Shown here: positions 1 through 10,905 of the stretch, piece after piece
How the letters are laid out: the number at the start of each line of letters is the position of its first letter
How positions within the stretch are numbered: the stretch's first letter is position 1
Assembly (NCBI GenBank): GCA_000002445.1
Contig: CP000069.1
Span: 544,001 to 608,000 of the forward strand
Length of the DNA: 64,000 nt
From: Trypanosoma brucei
Lineage: Eukaryota
Direction of reading: 5' to 3'
Translations under genes and position numbers: made by a program
Notes under the pieces: generated by a model
What the model saw: the letters and a program-made list of their open reading frames with translations, nothing else
What the model was told of the DNA's origin: nothing
Databases searched by the model: none

Positions 1-399
1 ACCGTTGCGGGCACCGATGTCTCCACCTGAAACGGGAGCGTCAAGGCACGGTACTTGTTTCTCTTTCCACAAACGTTCCGCAATTTCCCGAGCGGTGCTT
101 GGCTTGATGGTACTGTTATCAACAAAAATGGTGCCCGGACGAACGCCGCTGTAGACGCCGTTTTTTCCGAAGACAACTTCATACACATCTGACGAATCAG
201 ACAAGTTGGTGAAGACGACATCGACGACCGCAGCCAATTCGGCAGGGGAGGCCGCCTCTTTGGCGCCACTTGCCACCAACTCAGCCGCTTTCGATCTGGT
301 GCGGTTAAACACAACAAGTGGGAAACCGGCTTTAAGAATGTTCGCCGCCATGGGTTTCCCCATTAGCCCGAGCCCGATGTAGCCAACTCGCAGCGACAT
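1..399 (-). CDS. NAD-binding 3-hydroxyisobutyrate/6-phosphogluconate dehydrogenase-family protein; N-terminal 133 codons only, the gene continues beyond the window start
   Basis: The reverse-complement of 1..399 is open in frame and begins with ATG at 399..397. It translates to MSLRVGYIGLGLMGKPMAANILKAGFPLVVFNRTRSKAAELVASG..., the classic GxIGLGxMGxxMAxNL Rossmann N-terminus of HIBADH/2-hydroxy-3-oxopropionate reductases. It is not in the ORF track because it runs off the window edge. Confidence 0.6.
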   Translation of the reverse strand, partial: MSLRVGYIGLGLMGKPMAANILKAGFPLVVFNRTRSKAAELVASGAKEAASPAELAAVVDVVFTNLSDSSDVYEVVFGKNGVYSGVRPGTIFVDNSTIKPSTAREIAERLWKEKQVPCLDAPVSGGDIGARNG

Positions 400-745
400 G
401 ACTTTATCCCTCACCGTATGTGCGTAAGTATATGAAACTTTAAGAATGTACTTGCAGTCTGTTAAAAGTATTAGAAAGTTGTGAAACAAGACCCACGGAG
501 AAAAATAAGGGAAACCAGACACGGTCAAAAAACGCAGGAGTAAAGAGAATACCAAAAGTGGATGCGGACGTAGAAACAAATGAGGCGCGGAGGGGGGGGG
601 ACGGACCAACGCTTGCCAAAAACAAATTGGAGATAAACCAAATGTCAAATCCCCTCGGTTCCAGACCGATTACGTGTGATTTCCTACACGATGGGAATTG
701 GCGCGAGCGCCTGTCTCGGGATGGGCTTTGTGGGAACTTAATTCG

Positions 746-2176
746 TCATGAGAGCAGGAAAAACTCCCTCTTGCTGTCTTTGGGAAGGCCATCAAAGGAT
801 GCAACAGGTGGAATTTCCACCAATTCTTCGATTCCCATTGACCTCACCGAATCAGCCGTCCAACTATCAAATTTAGACTGGTACACGTTATAGGCCACTC
901 GGCTAATCTTGGGGGCAACGCCAAGCCGCGCGCGAACGTTTGACATGTGCATGGACATTTCCTTTGATATTCGAAAAAGGAATAACCGCACGGGGAGCGG
1001 TGACCTTCCTGATCCATCCTGCTTAACCACCTCCACGAACACCCTGCAATCTTCATGCGAGGGATTTGTATTGTCAATCACAACACTCTTCCCAGCTTTC
1101 CACCACCTTCTTGCCTCTGCAAGACACTTCTCCCTCGTCTGAAGTTTGTCACGGTTTACGTGAGCGTATCCATGTGGCTCGAAGAAGCGCTCAAAAAAAG
1201 TCGTCTTTCCACAACCTGGATAACCCACGAACACAATCATTTCCTGAGAAGCTCTATGGAACGCTGCAGGCGACGAGACTTCTATGATGTCTTTTGTTCC
1301 ATTGGCTAAAATGCGATGGATGGTAAGACCACTATATGATTTTGGCAGCTTGCTAAGCTCAGTTGGCCCAACCCCTCCCCAATCCACAGTACATGAGGCT
1401 TGTGCCACATTCAAAAGACGGTGAGAAACCACCTTGCCGTCGACAGACGGCGTGTCATCACTGCCCTTCTTCCTTTCTTCAAGTAGTTTGTCCTCTGGGC
1501 ATGAGTAGAACTCTTCAGGAGTGAAGAATGGAATGCCGATATTATAGGCGAATTTCCGATCGGAGCAGCTGAAGTCTTTCTTCCGACCCGCAAGTGTTGT
1601 TATCTTGCGACCAGCGGCATCGCCGACATAAAACGCGTACCCGCAAGTGTCACTGCCGATCACTACCTTTTCCTTCAGGATATCACTCGCGTGCTCTTGC
1701 AACATAGTCCACATGCCAACATTCGGTTTCCTCCAAATATCGTCTTTTGTCGAAAGGAATGCTGTTAAGGGAATATTGAGCCCCTTGCTTAGACGTACCA
1801 CCTTCTGCTTCACAACGTCCGCCTTCTTTTCGTTCCACTGCTTCCCTCCTATCCCAGCCTGGTTACTGAAAATCACTACCATAAAACCTCCATCGTGTAA
1901 GACGCGTAGGTGAGTGGGAACCAACGGTGTCAGCCACTTCCAGTCAGTTGGATCGTCACGAGGAAACACCGCCCCGGTCTTTGGCATGATGAGTGTGTCG
2001 TCCAAATCAAAGGCTGCCACTTTGAGACACAAATTCTCCCCTGGTAGTGAGGTTATCGACCGCTTCAGCTGCTCAGCGGATGGAAGGAGTGCTAATACGG
2101 AATTATGCAAGAGCTTCCAATCGGCAATGGTTGCAAGTGAAAGGCCCTTTGGTGATGGGCTCCTTGCGCGCTTCAT
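746..2176 (-). CDS. PNKP: bifunctional polynucleotide kinase 3'-phosphatase
   Basis: A 476 aa ORF. The HAD phosphatase motif FDLDDTLI lies in the N-terminal half. A Walker-A P-loop GYPGCGKTT plus a kinase fold lie in the C-terminal half. This matches the PNKP architecture. Confidence 0.8.
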   Translation of the reverse strand: MKRARSPSPKGLSLATIADWKLLHNSVLALLPSAEQLKRSITSLPGENLCLKVAAFDLDDTLIMPKTGAVFPRDDPTDWKWLTPLVPTHLRVLHDGGFMVVIFSNQAGIGGKQWNEKKADVVKQKVVRLSKGLNIPLTAFLSTKDDIWRKPNVGMWTMLQEHASDILKEKVVIGSDTCGYAFYVGDAAGRKITTLAGRKKDFSCSDRKFAYNIGIPFFTPEEFYSCPEDKLLEERKKGSDDTPSVDGKVVSHRLLNVAQASCTVDWGGVGPTELSKLPKSYSGLTIHRILANGTKDIIEVSSPAAFHRASQEMIVFVGYPGCGKTTFFERFFEPHGYAHVNRDKLQTREKCLAEARRWWKAGKSVVIDNTNPSHEDCRVFVEVVKQDGSGRSPLPVRLFLFRISKEMSMHMSNVRARLGVAPKISRVAYNVYQSKFDSWTADSVRSMGIEELVEIPPVASFDGLPKDSKREFFLLS

Positions 2177-2484
2177 TAGCCTTTGAAGGAATACTCAACG
2201 AGTACCCCAGAGAATTGTGGAGAAAAGAGGCTTTTTTCTGGTATCTTCGTTTCTTTTTCTTTTTTTTGTGTGTGCGTGCAAGAAAGTTAGAAACGACGGA
2301 AGTTGGGGGGGGGGTGTCGACGACTTTTCAGTGGCCAATTATAACCTTGACGACTTAGTTAATCGCACTGTGTTAACAGACATATCGCCATCTCGATAAT
2401 CCCGGCCTCCTCACCCGCCACCTTTGCATACGCAGCGCGCCAGCATTTAGAAGTCTGTATTTTCACACACCGTTCCCTAACCCG

Positions 2485-4029
2485 TTATTGAGGTGGCGCC
2501 CTAAGTTCTTGCTGTAGTAATTCCATCTTTCTTACTACACCGAAGGTAGCCCTGAAAACTTTCTTAAAGTCCTCGGTATTCATGGCCAGGAACACCGTAA
2601 TGTCGATATCCTCCCTATCCAAAATGGGACAAAGCGACGCCATGCCGTGCTTCTCGAAGTGTTTCTTCAGCTCCTTCGTACCAGAGGTGTGGTTAGACAC
2701 TTTTGACGGACCTGAAGGCATGGGAGGTGTTGCCTCATGGGATGTATTCTTCACGACAGGGTCTGGCGGAAGTGTAGCAGCGGCGTGAGCCAGCGTGCGT
2801 GCAAGTCTTCCACAATAGGCGGCAGTGGCCCAACCCTTATATTCATCCAACACTTCCGGTGTAGTTTTTGTCGCTGCTTTCGTCGTCAGTAAGCACTCCG
2901 TAAATATCTTATCGCTCAGTAGCGCACTCCACTTCTCCATATCCCGTCCCGTATCCGTCGCAAGGCGGTGACCCAACCGGCTACGGAGCTCTTCCAGCTT
3001 CTGTGCCGATTGTCGCAGCTGCTCAAGATATCCGCCTGCCCCACCTGGAATCTCTCCGTAGCTTGTTGTTAACACACGTTGAGTCTCCGGAAACTTTTTG
3101 AGTGCGGTTACTATGCGGTGGAGTGACTCACGCAAACGCCAGACTTCCAGAAGAGAAGAACCATTAGACTTTTGAGCCGCAAAGTAGTCTGGTAACAACA
3201 ACAGCGCCGCAGAATCCACCTCTGGTACGATAAGTGGCACCCATGAGAGATGGACACCGACAGAACTGGGTACGTGCATAGCCTGGAAAGCGGGGTCTTG
3301 CACAAATAGCGCATAGGACTCGAAATGCTTCAGTTTGTTCTTGCGCTCCCGACGCCACCGCTCCCGCGTTTCAGCAAGGTCCCCCGTTACAACCTGAAGC
3401 TGCCTACCGGCTCCCAAAGTAGATATTACCGAACCATCTTCCAACGTCTGTAGGTTTTCTTGAGAGACGTTGGCAAAACTCATGGCTTCCTGCGGGATAG
3501 TCCTGTCATTCTCGCGGAGCGTCTTCACCACACCCTTGAAAAATTCCCCATCGGAGATGAAAGCGGCAGTCTGCGCATTACAGGCAATTTTCAGCCGTGG
3601 TAGCCGCGACAACAACTCTCTCACGGCATGCCCAATGAGAGGATGGAACTCTGGAATCACAAGCGTCTGTATGCCATCTAGTGGAAGTGCCATACCGTTA
3701 CGAGACAACGCCGTACGCAGTGCGGCATCCGCAAAATGCACCGCCTCTGATGTGTTGCGTGCCACGGGGCTCGCAAATAGGACGCTGCGTGCTTCACGGA
3801 AGGAGGTGTCGTCACAACCACTTGATGCAAGCAGGTAAGCGCCGTTGGTGAGTGGAGGTTCACTCTCCGAGGAAACATCCACCAGCATCGTTGCATGGCG
3901 CTGTTTGTACTCGTAATCACATGTAATATATAGGCCTGGAGGTGCACGCCGCAAGTACGCGGGTGTGCGGCTTACATTTCTAACTGACTGCTGCAGTGAA
4001 CCTCTGCGAATCAACGATAAACGCAGCAT
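2485..4029 (-). CDS. conserved hypothetical protein with a mitochondrial-type N-terminus and a C-terminal SAM-like domain
   Basis: A 514 aa ORF. The N-terminus MLRLSLIRRGSLQQSVRNVSR is arginine-rich and amphipathic. The C-terminal ~65 aa (ELKKHFEKHGMASLCPILDREDIDITVFLAMNTEDFKKVFRA...) resemble a SAM domain. No catalytic motif was recognised. Confidence 0.55.
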   Translation of the reverse strand: MLRLSLIRRGSLQQSVRNVSRTPAYLRRAPPGLYITCDYEYKQRHATMLVDVSSESEPPLTNGAYLLASSGCDDTSFREARSVLFASPVARNTSEAVHFADAALRTALSRNGMALPLDGIQTLVIPEFHPLIGHAVRELLSRLPRLKIACNAQTAAFISDGEFFKGVVKTLRENDRTIPQEAMSFANVSQENLQTLEDGSVISTLGAGRQLQVVTGDLAETRERWRRERKNKLKHFESYALFVQDPAFQAMHVPSSVGVHLSWVPLIVPEVDSAALLLLPDYFAAQKSNGSSLLEVWRLRESLHRIVTALKKFPETQRVLTTSYGEIPGGAGGYLEQLRQSAQKLEELRSRLGHRLATDTGRDMEKWSALLSDKIFTECLLTTKAATKTTPEVLDEYKGWATAAYCGRLARTLAHAAATLPPDPVVKNTSHEATPPMPSGPSKVSNHTSGTKELKKHFEKHGMASLCPILDREDIDITVFLAMNTEDFKKVFRATFGVVRKMELLQQELRAPPQ

Positions 4030-4574
4030 CTAACAGCGCAAGGAATAATGACTCCGATGTCTATGTATTTAAACCGAAAGGGGGCACAGATGGTGAAGCA
4101 GAGGTGAAATGGTGACGACTTTAAGCAGAGGCAGTATGTGGCAAGATGGCGAAAGCAAATAATAATTATGCAAAAGGAAGTTAAGGCAGTGGAAACGCAA
4201 GAGAATAAAGAGTCAACTCTTCGTGACCATATGCATGTGTATCCGCCCAACCATCCCAGCGCCTTGAAAGTAAGCAAGAGGCAAAAGAGATGGTGGCCTA
4301 ATGAGGACGTAGATAAAAGGAAGACAAGTGGTGGTGCCTCAGAACGATAAGAGGCGGAGCCTAGGCGAAAAAAAAATGAAGAGAAAGGAGATGCGAAAGC
4401 GACTAACACTACCAAGGCAAAGATAAGTTCCTACCCGGATAATTTTCTTGCATCCAAATGCGGGATCACGCTGCGCCAAAGGGTCAGACCTTCATATCAG
4501 TGTTTCCCCATATCCACCCTTCTCCCTTTCTTTGCACTACTAAAGCGCTTTCCCAAAGCCCAAGCACAGGGACG

Positions 4575-4612
4575 CACACACACACACACACACACAATCA
4601 CACAATCACACA
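4575..4612. repeat. (CA)n microsatellite, imperfect
   Basis: cacacacacacacacacacacaatcacacaatcacaca read directly. Confidence 0.9.
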
Positions 4613-4675
4613 AAAACGCCCCATTTTGATAATATAATTACCGTTAGATGGGAAAGTTGCACCTGCTTATTATCA

Positions 4676-5011
4676 TCATTTGCGCCAAGGTTCCTTAGAC
4701 GACTTCGCATAATACCCGCCAATACCACCGAAGACGACACCGAGGACAGCACCGAAGGCTGTGCCACTTGTGCTGCTGTCGCCCTCCAGAATGACGAGGG
4801 CACCACTCACTGCTGAGGCTGACAGAGTCGCTGCCGCAATGGTTCCACTGACAGGCGTTACAAGCAGGTGGAAGATGGCCAATATGGTTGTGCTTGTAGA
4901 GAGTGCAGAGCATGTGCCCAGAACAACTTTGTCGGTAAAGCGGCGTTGCGGTGTTCGCATGGATGGCACGGCATATGCCATCGCGGGAATCATTATCCGG
5001 CGACGCAGCAT
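4676..5011 (-). CDS. small hypothetical membrane protein (111 aa) with a glycine-zipper TM segment
   Basis: A minus-strand ORF in the same orientation as all its neighbours. It has a basic N-terminus (MLRRRIMIPAMAYAVPSMRTPQRRF) followed by a hydrophobic, GxxxG-rich stretch (GAVLGVVFGGIGGYY). It is short, so this is uncertain. Confidence 0.35.
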   Translation of the reverse strand: MLRRRIMIPAMAYAVPSMRTPQRRFTDKVVLGTCSALSTSTTILAIFHLLVTPVSGTIAAATLSASAVSGALVILEGDSSTSGTAFGAVLGVVFGGIGGYYAKSSKEPWRK

Positions 5012-5541
5012 TACGACTCGGAAATGTACACACGGATCGGTGCCCCACTGCTTAAGTGCACTCTAACAAACTTTACATCGAAAAGAGGTTTAGTAGGTGA
5101 AACGTATGACGAAAGAGAGGGAGAAAGAAGCAAACGAATAAATCAGCACATCCGTTTACTCAACGGTAAGAATAGCGAACCGCCTACCCACCTGCGTACG
5201 TTTCTGGGATACAAAATATTACCGTACTCAATGAAAAACAGTTAATACCAAATATTACTCGAAATTGAAAAAAAAGAAGTGCTACTTTTGTCATATCAGC
5301 ATGCTAAGTAACACCAAGTCCTCACAGGTTTGACTTGTAGAAGCGTCACAACGTCGTGAAGATGAACGTACACGCGACCACCGTCCTCATAAATTTGACA
5401 ACGTTTCCCCTCTTCATTATCCGTCATTTTATTCCCTCTGCTTTGCCGCATAGCGGATAAAGCTCCCTTTTCCACGTATGATGGCGACAGTGTCCAGTCC
5501 TTTTCGTCTCTCCACTCCCCGCTGCTGCTGCGTTGTTACAA

Positions 5542-6576
5542 CTACACAAAATGGATATCATTCTTTGTGAAGCAACAGAGTAATTCCATAATACTCTCCT
5601 GATCAAGCACTCGCGCCCGCTTATCAAAGATCGGTTCTTGAAGGATTGACTCAAGGTGCTGTCGAAACTCCTCAAAAGTTTTAACATCCTTCACCCCTTC
5701 CATTCTTTGGTAGCTACAGTACTTGTCATAAAGCGTGCGTACCGTGTTCTTTGTACGGAAGATGGAAGATACCTTCTTGTTCTTCCTATTAAAGATGTGT
5801 TTCACAAGTCCATCCCACTCCTCAAAGTCAACGCTCGGGGCGGGATGCTTTGGGTCAAGTCGAATGACGCTGGATTCTACTTTGGGTGGAGGGTTAAAGC
5901 TGTTCTTGCTAATTTTCATTAAGTGGCTGCATCGTGCTAAAAGCTGCGAGTTAACGGAGAGGCGGCAGTACGCCTCGGAGCCGGGTTGCGCGCATACACG
6001 GAGGGCGAACTCACGCTGAAACATCAACACGGCACATTTAAAGTTCGGCCGCTTAAGAAGTTTGAACACTAATGCGGATGATATAGCATACGGTACATTA
6101 GCTACGCATTTGTCAAAGTAGGGGAATTCATGATCAAGACAGTTTCCTCTTATAACCTGCAACTTAGGGGCTAAAGGAGAATTTTGAAACCTTTTGTTTA
6201 GTTCCGCAACCATACGAGGGTCCACCTCAAACGCAATGACCTTTTTGGCCGCTTGCAACAATTTCTCAGTTAAGTTACCAGTTCCCGGACCGATTTCCAA
6301 AACGATATCCGTTGGTTTCACCGCCGCCTTCTCCACGATAGCAGCAATAACGAGCGGGTTCTTCAAGATGTGTTGACCAAAACCTTTATTAAACACCATG
6401 CCGCTCTGACTTCCGCCAGTCTTAAGTCCTGTTGGGGCACTTTTCTTCGTCGCCTTGCGTACCTCAGGTTTGCCAAGGGTTGTAACTTTTGTGGTGAATT
6501 TTAGCTTTCGCGCCGCCGCCTGCAATGGTTCGGCAGAGATGACGCCCATTGGAACGCTGCGTTGTTCCTTCGGCAT
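5542..6576 (-). CDS. DIM1: 18S rRNA (adenine-N6,N6)-dimethyltransferase Dim1/KsgA
   Basis: Motifs FGQHILKNPLVIAAIVEKAAV, LEIGPGTGNLTEKLL (SAM-binding), NVPYAISSALVFKLL and MFQREFALR are diagnostic of KsgA/Dim1. The ORF track extends to 6654, but the first 26 codons read through a T-rich tract. ATG at 6576..6574 (MPKEQRS...) is the more plausible start. Confidence 0.85.
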   Translation of the reverse strand: MPKEQRSVPMGVISAEPLQAAARKLKFTTKVTTLGKPEVRKATKKSAPTGLKTGGSQSGMVFNKGFGQHILKNPLVIAAIVEKAAVKPTDIVLEIGPGTGNLTEKLLQAAKKVIAFEVDPRMVAELNKRFQNSPLAPKLQVIRGNCLDHEFPYFDKCVANVPYAISSALVFKLLKRPNFKCAVLMFQREFALRVCAQPGSEAYCRLSVNSQLLARCSHLMKISKNSFNPPPKVESSVIRLDPKHPAPSVDFEEWDGLVKHIFNRKNKKVSSIFRTKNTVRTLYDKYCSYQRMEGVKDVKTFEEFRQHLESILQEPIFDKRARVLDQESIMELLCCFTKNDIHFV

Positions 6577-6670
6577 CGCTTCTAAACCTTTTTTTTTGTT
6601 TCCTATTACCGACACAACTGATGCAGTAATAAAAATACAAGTACACGGAAGCAAGTCGGTATATCAAAAA

Positions 6671-6713
6671 TATATATATATATATATATATTTATTTATA
6701 TATTTATTTATAC
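6671..6713. repeat. (TA)10 followed by (TTTA)n
   Basis: tatatatatatatatatatatttatttatatatttatttata, upstream of DIM1. Confidence 0.9.
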
Positions 6714-7295
6714 ACATACAATTATTGTTGTTATTATCTACGCAGTGAGTCTTTCTTCACGTGGCAATAGAAAACAACACTTCCACACAACTACACGCTT
6801 GATCTACTACTTACAGAGCACGGTGCACGTTCGTTACAGCACCAAACGGTTATACGATTTTGTTCATTAGAAGGCGTATGAAGGGAAGAAAAAGACCACG
6901 AGGGCAATACCAGAGAAGAAAAGAATAAAACAAAGGGAAACGGTGTAATAAATGAAGGTTCCGTTGCACACCGCACAGGGCTTATTTCACCATGCAGAGG
7001 AATACACAAAAGCAGAGAGACACACACAGAGAGAGAAAAAAAAAGAGAGAGAGGGATAGGGATATATACAGATGAGCAACAAAATCCAAATGCTCGTCAC
7101 ATACGCACTAAGGGGAGAAAAAACAAAACAAAACAAAAAACACCAAAACTATTTGGCACACAATTTTTCTGCATTTTTTTTTCTTAGCATATGCTTCCCT
7201 CTTTCCCTCTTCTTTTTTTTTCTTCCTTTTCCGTTCCTTCCATGTGACCAAAGGAAGTAAAATATACTTTTAGATGTTTATGTTTTATATATTTG

Positions 7296-7318
7296 TATAT
7301 ATATATATATATATATAT
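7296..7318. repeat. (TA)n microsatellite
   Basis: Read directly from the sequence. Confidence 0.9.
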
Positions 7319-8483
7319 AGTTTGCGCCTTTGTTATCGTTAATATGATTCCTGTTGGTGCCGTCACATAAATATCGACTTGATGCCGAATAGGTAAATCG
7401 AACGGAAAAGAAGAAAAAAAAAAAGAGAAAAACAACAGAAAGGAAAGAACAAAGCAGCAACGTACAGTGGGTACAGAAAAAAGAAAAAAAAACACAACAA
7501 AGCAAAGCGAAGCGGAAAAAAAAAAGAACACAGCACAGAGGGGATCAAAAGAAAAAGTTTCATTTTTTTTGACCCTCATTTTTCCTCTCTTTTCTTTTTT
7601 TTTTCGTTTTTGCTACCGCCAACACCTTTCTCCCTCTCCCAGTGAAATTCGCAACCCTCCTTCTTTTTTTAAAGCGGTATTTTTCTTTTTTCTTTTTTTT
7701 TATATATCCGTTTCATGCTTTTTCTTTATTTATTTTTTTTCCTTCACAAGCGGGTTAAACGCATAAAACACTGCCAAAACGCGTGCACGGCCGACTGCCA
7801 CATCAAACATCAGTGTTGAGGGATGTTGTGGTACAAAAATCATAATGTTCCACACCCAGCTGTACGAAACAGACGAGAAAAAAAATTAAAAGGGAAACGA
7901 AACACGTAAACACTTCTGCTGATGCGAGTAAAGGCAGTGGAATAAACTAGGTAAATGTGTTCCCTATTGATGGGAAGTAAAAGAAAAGAACCAAATAAAA
8001 ACAAAAAACAAAAACAAACTTCAACATTTAACATAAGAGGGGAGGGGAAAAAACTGGACAAGAATGAAAAGGAAAAAAAAAAGAAGAGAGGGAGAAAAAA
8101 AAAAGGAATATAGGAACAGCGTTTCCTATACGCACGCCCCTGGCAAAAAATGTGTGTGTATGTGGTGGTGGTGGGGGGGGGGACAAAAAACCTCCGAACC
8201 TTTTCTCAGAAGGTAAAGACCAACATTTTTTTTTTCATTTTTTTTATTTGTTGTTGGAAAGGGTATTTGAAGATATAACTAAACAATACGAGCAAAGAAA
8301 CACCTTGGTACATAATTCATTTTAATTGCTTCATATTGCTCTTGCATTATATAAATTTTCCCCCCTTTAGTTTCGGCTCTCCTGAAGCCTCTCTTCACTT
8401 ACTTTCCCCAATCCCTGTGTGTCACGCATTCGTTTCATTAAAAGGAAAAAAAAAAGGAAAAAGGAACATACAAAATGGAACAT

Positions 8484-9287
8484 TCACACGTGAGACACCC
8501 CACCTCCCTCCACACTAACACTTGGACAAGCCACTGAATTATTGACTTCACCTCCATCATCACTACACGTGTGCTTTTCCTTCTGGCCGTTCACCACAGC
8601 ACTTTTATTCCCAAGTGGAAATGTGTTACTATTCCTATACCTCGCCGCACCACATGCAAGACATGTCTCATCTGTACTGCGGTTAACTGATGTACAAATT
8701 GGACAGGGCCATGCTGCTGGCCCATCTGCTGAGGCGGCAGTACCCACCGTACTTTCTGTGGGACTATACACTACAATATCCTGAGGCCTGGGATCCACGA
8801 AACGAACTGATTTGTTTTCGAGAACAATCGCACGCAGAAGGTGACGGCCAGTGCGCTGTTCAACTTTACGAGCAAGTACCGCAAGTGACTGAAGTTCCGG
8901 TTCGTCAGCAAACATGCGAGAGTACTCCAACAATGTCAACCTTGCAAGATGCCGGGACCGACGCCGCTCTGATCCCTCCGCACGGCCAATCGCTAATGAA
9001 ACTAAATTTTCCTGCAAAACGCAGTCTTGAGCCATGGCGCTATGGAAGGAGGAGCTGCAGGAGTTGACAAGCCCTTCTAACAACACCAAATATCCATATA
9101 AATGCGCTCCAGAAGTTCTACCAAGGCCGTCACCGATAACAGATGCAACTAAGTGTGGATGTGCCTCCGCCAACTCCATACATTCCGTCGGCGGTACGGC
9201 GGGGGCTTTGCTTGCTTCGGAGCAAACTTTTGAAACATGTAAACGGAGCTTGATGTCATGAAACGTCCGCCGGAAGAATTCCATCAC
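8484..9287 (-). CDS. hypothetical protein with a RanBP2-type zinc finger
   Basis: A 267 aa ORF. WPCPICTSVNRSTDETCLACGA fits the W-x-C-x2-C-x3-N-x6-C-x2-C RanBP2 zinc-finger pattern. The rest is unrecognised. Confidence 0.55.
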   Translation of the reverse strand: MMEFFRRTFHDIKLRLHVSKVCSEASKAPAVPPTECMELAEAHPHLVASVIGDGLGRTSGAHLYGYLVLLEGLVNSCSSSFHSAMAQDCVLQENLVSLAIGRAEGSERRRSRHLARLTLLEYSRMFADEPELQSLAVLARKVEQRTGRHLLRAIVLENKSVRFVDPRPQDIVVYSPTESTVGTAASADGPAAWPCPICTSVNRSTDETCLACGAARYRNSNTFPLGNKSAVVNGQKEKHTCSDDGGEVNNSVACPSVSVEGGGVSHV

Positions 9288-9855
9288 TTTTCCTTCCCCC
9301 CCTTAAAAACTGTTCTTCCTCCTCTTTTCAATCCCTTTACCTGCTGACACACACACACACACACGCCAGTGTGTCAAAGTGTTAAGCCACAGCAGCAAAG
9401 CACGACTTAAAGTCTGAGATGGGCTGACGCCTCCCTTTCCCTCAATGAAGTAGCCTCACCACCTAAGAAAATGTGAGCTAATGTGGAAGAGTAAATACAT
9501 GTCGGCGAAAAAAAAAAATGCAGAAAAATAGAGTCGGCCACCGTCGAGGTTCGCGCGTGTGAGTCGGCGGTAAAGAAAGAAAAACAAAAACAGGGTGATA
9601 ACTAACAAATTAAAGGCATTAGGCTCCGTGAGCCATCGCACAAACACACAACTTCATAGTAGAGCAGCGTACGCCTTTCCAACCACCGCTCGTTGGTGCC
9701 ACTCAAACCAACTCAAAGTCACTGAAGGCAACTTATCATCCCCCCTTTCCCTCCCCCCCGAAAAAAAGTTGTGCCCTGTTTAAGGGACTTTCCTTCGCCA
9801 AGTGTGTGGACGCACCAAAATAAAAAAAGAGAAAAAAAAACAGGCGTAACTTTCC

Positions 9856-10905
9856 TCAACCCCGCTTAAACTCGTAGGTTGGAAGTGTTTCCGCGTACGG
9901 ACCTGCATGGGGGCTGTACAATGGTTGATTCACTTCCCCGTGCATCTTCCGCAGTTCCGGGTGAAGCTGCTCCGTCAAGTGCCTCGAACATAAATCATAC
10001 GTCACCAGCAGTAGTGCCGCAGGGATGGAATTTAGTATCGGGCGGCTAGCGAAAAAACCATCGTAAATTTTGGTGATTCCATGTTTCCTGCGCACCTCCA
10101 CTATGTAAGAACGGAATGTGTGCGGCCGTCCGCGTGTGTGTTGATTCCGAATACGCACCTGCTGTCGTATGGAAAGAAATGGGTACTGCAGTATTTTACC
10201 TAGCAGCGCACCGCCGTGACAGTAAAGAAACAATACGGGAGTCCCGTGATACACGCCATCATACCTCACAGCGTTATACACACCCCATGTAGTGCCTAAC
10301 AGCGCCACTTGACTACAGGCTGCTACAGATACGCCGCGGTAAATGCCGAGAAGCACATTTGGTTTTTCAGTCACCGCCTTCATGAAGACATCCCAAGCAC
10401 CCACAAACTTCATTGGACCCTTCTCTGCCTCTGCTGTCGCGAGGAGGACCTCATACGGATGACGGAGAACCGCGTACAACAAACCAGTTAAACAGCCAGC
10501 AGTAAAACCACAAGTAGTGTTGCTTTCACATGGAATCAAATCGCGAAGCTTTGTGAATGCGGTCAACTGAAACGCGTAGCTGGCAATCGTCCATAGGTTA
10601 GATGGACCTGCAAGCCATTTTATGCCAAAAAGAGTCCTAAAGAAATGTGCACGTTTGTCTGATGCGTAAATGCGACTAGATTCACCTGGGACGTCACAGA
10701 GAAAGTAAAATGCATGCAGTTTTTCAATTGGACGCCGCAACCACGCCGTGATAGTGGAAGCAGAAAGAATAACTGCCGCATGTTGTTGGTGACTTAGTTG
10801 CGGCTCCGTATACCCACGGACCCTTATTGCAGGGTCACAAAATTTCCCTACGGGACGGAATCCAAAGGAAGCATGATAACCAGTCGTGCCAGTGGACGTT
10901 TGCAT
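9856..10905 (-). CDS. divergent mitochondrial carrier family (SLC25-like) protein
   Basis: A 349 aa ORF with three ~100 aa repeats. Each repeat has two hydrophobic helices and GxxxGxYRG-like linkers (LLGIYRGVSV, ITKIYDGFFASRP). At the positions of the carrier signature PX[DE]XX[KR] it has PIEKLH, PYEVLL and PFLSIR. Confidence 0.5.
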   Translation of the reverse strand: MQTSTGTTGYHASFGFRPVGKFCDPAIRVRGYTEPQLSHQQHAAVILSASTITAWLRRPIEKLHAFYFLCDVPGESSRIYASDKRAHFFRTLFGIKWLAGPSNLWTIASYAFQLTAFTKLRDLIPCESNTTCGFTAGCLTGLLYAVLRHPYEVLLATAEAEKGPMKFVGAWDVFMKAVTEKPNVLLGIYRGVSVAACSQVALLGTTWGVYNAVRYDGVYHGTPVLFLYCHGGALLGKILQYPFLSIRQQVRIRNQHTRGRPHTFRSYIVEVRRKHGITKIYDGFFASRPILNSIPAALLLVTYDLCSRHLTEQLHPELRKMHGEVNQPLYSPHAGPYAETLPTYEFKRG

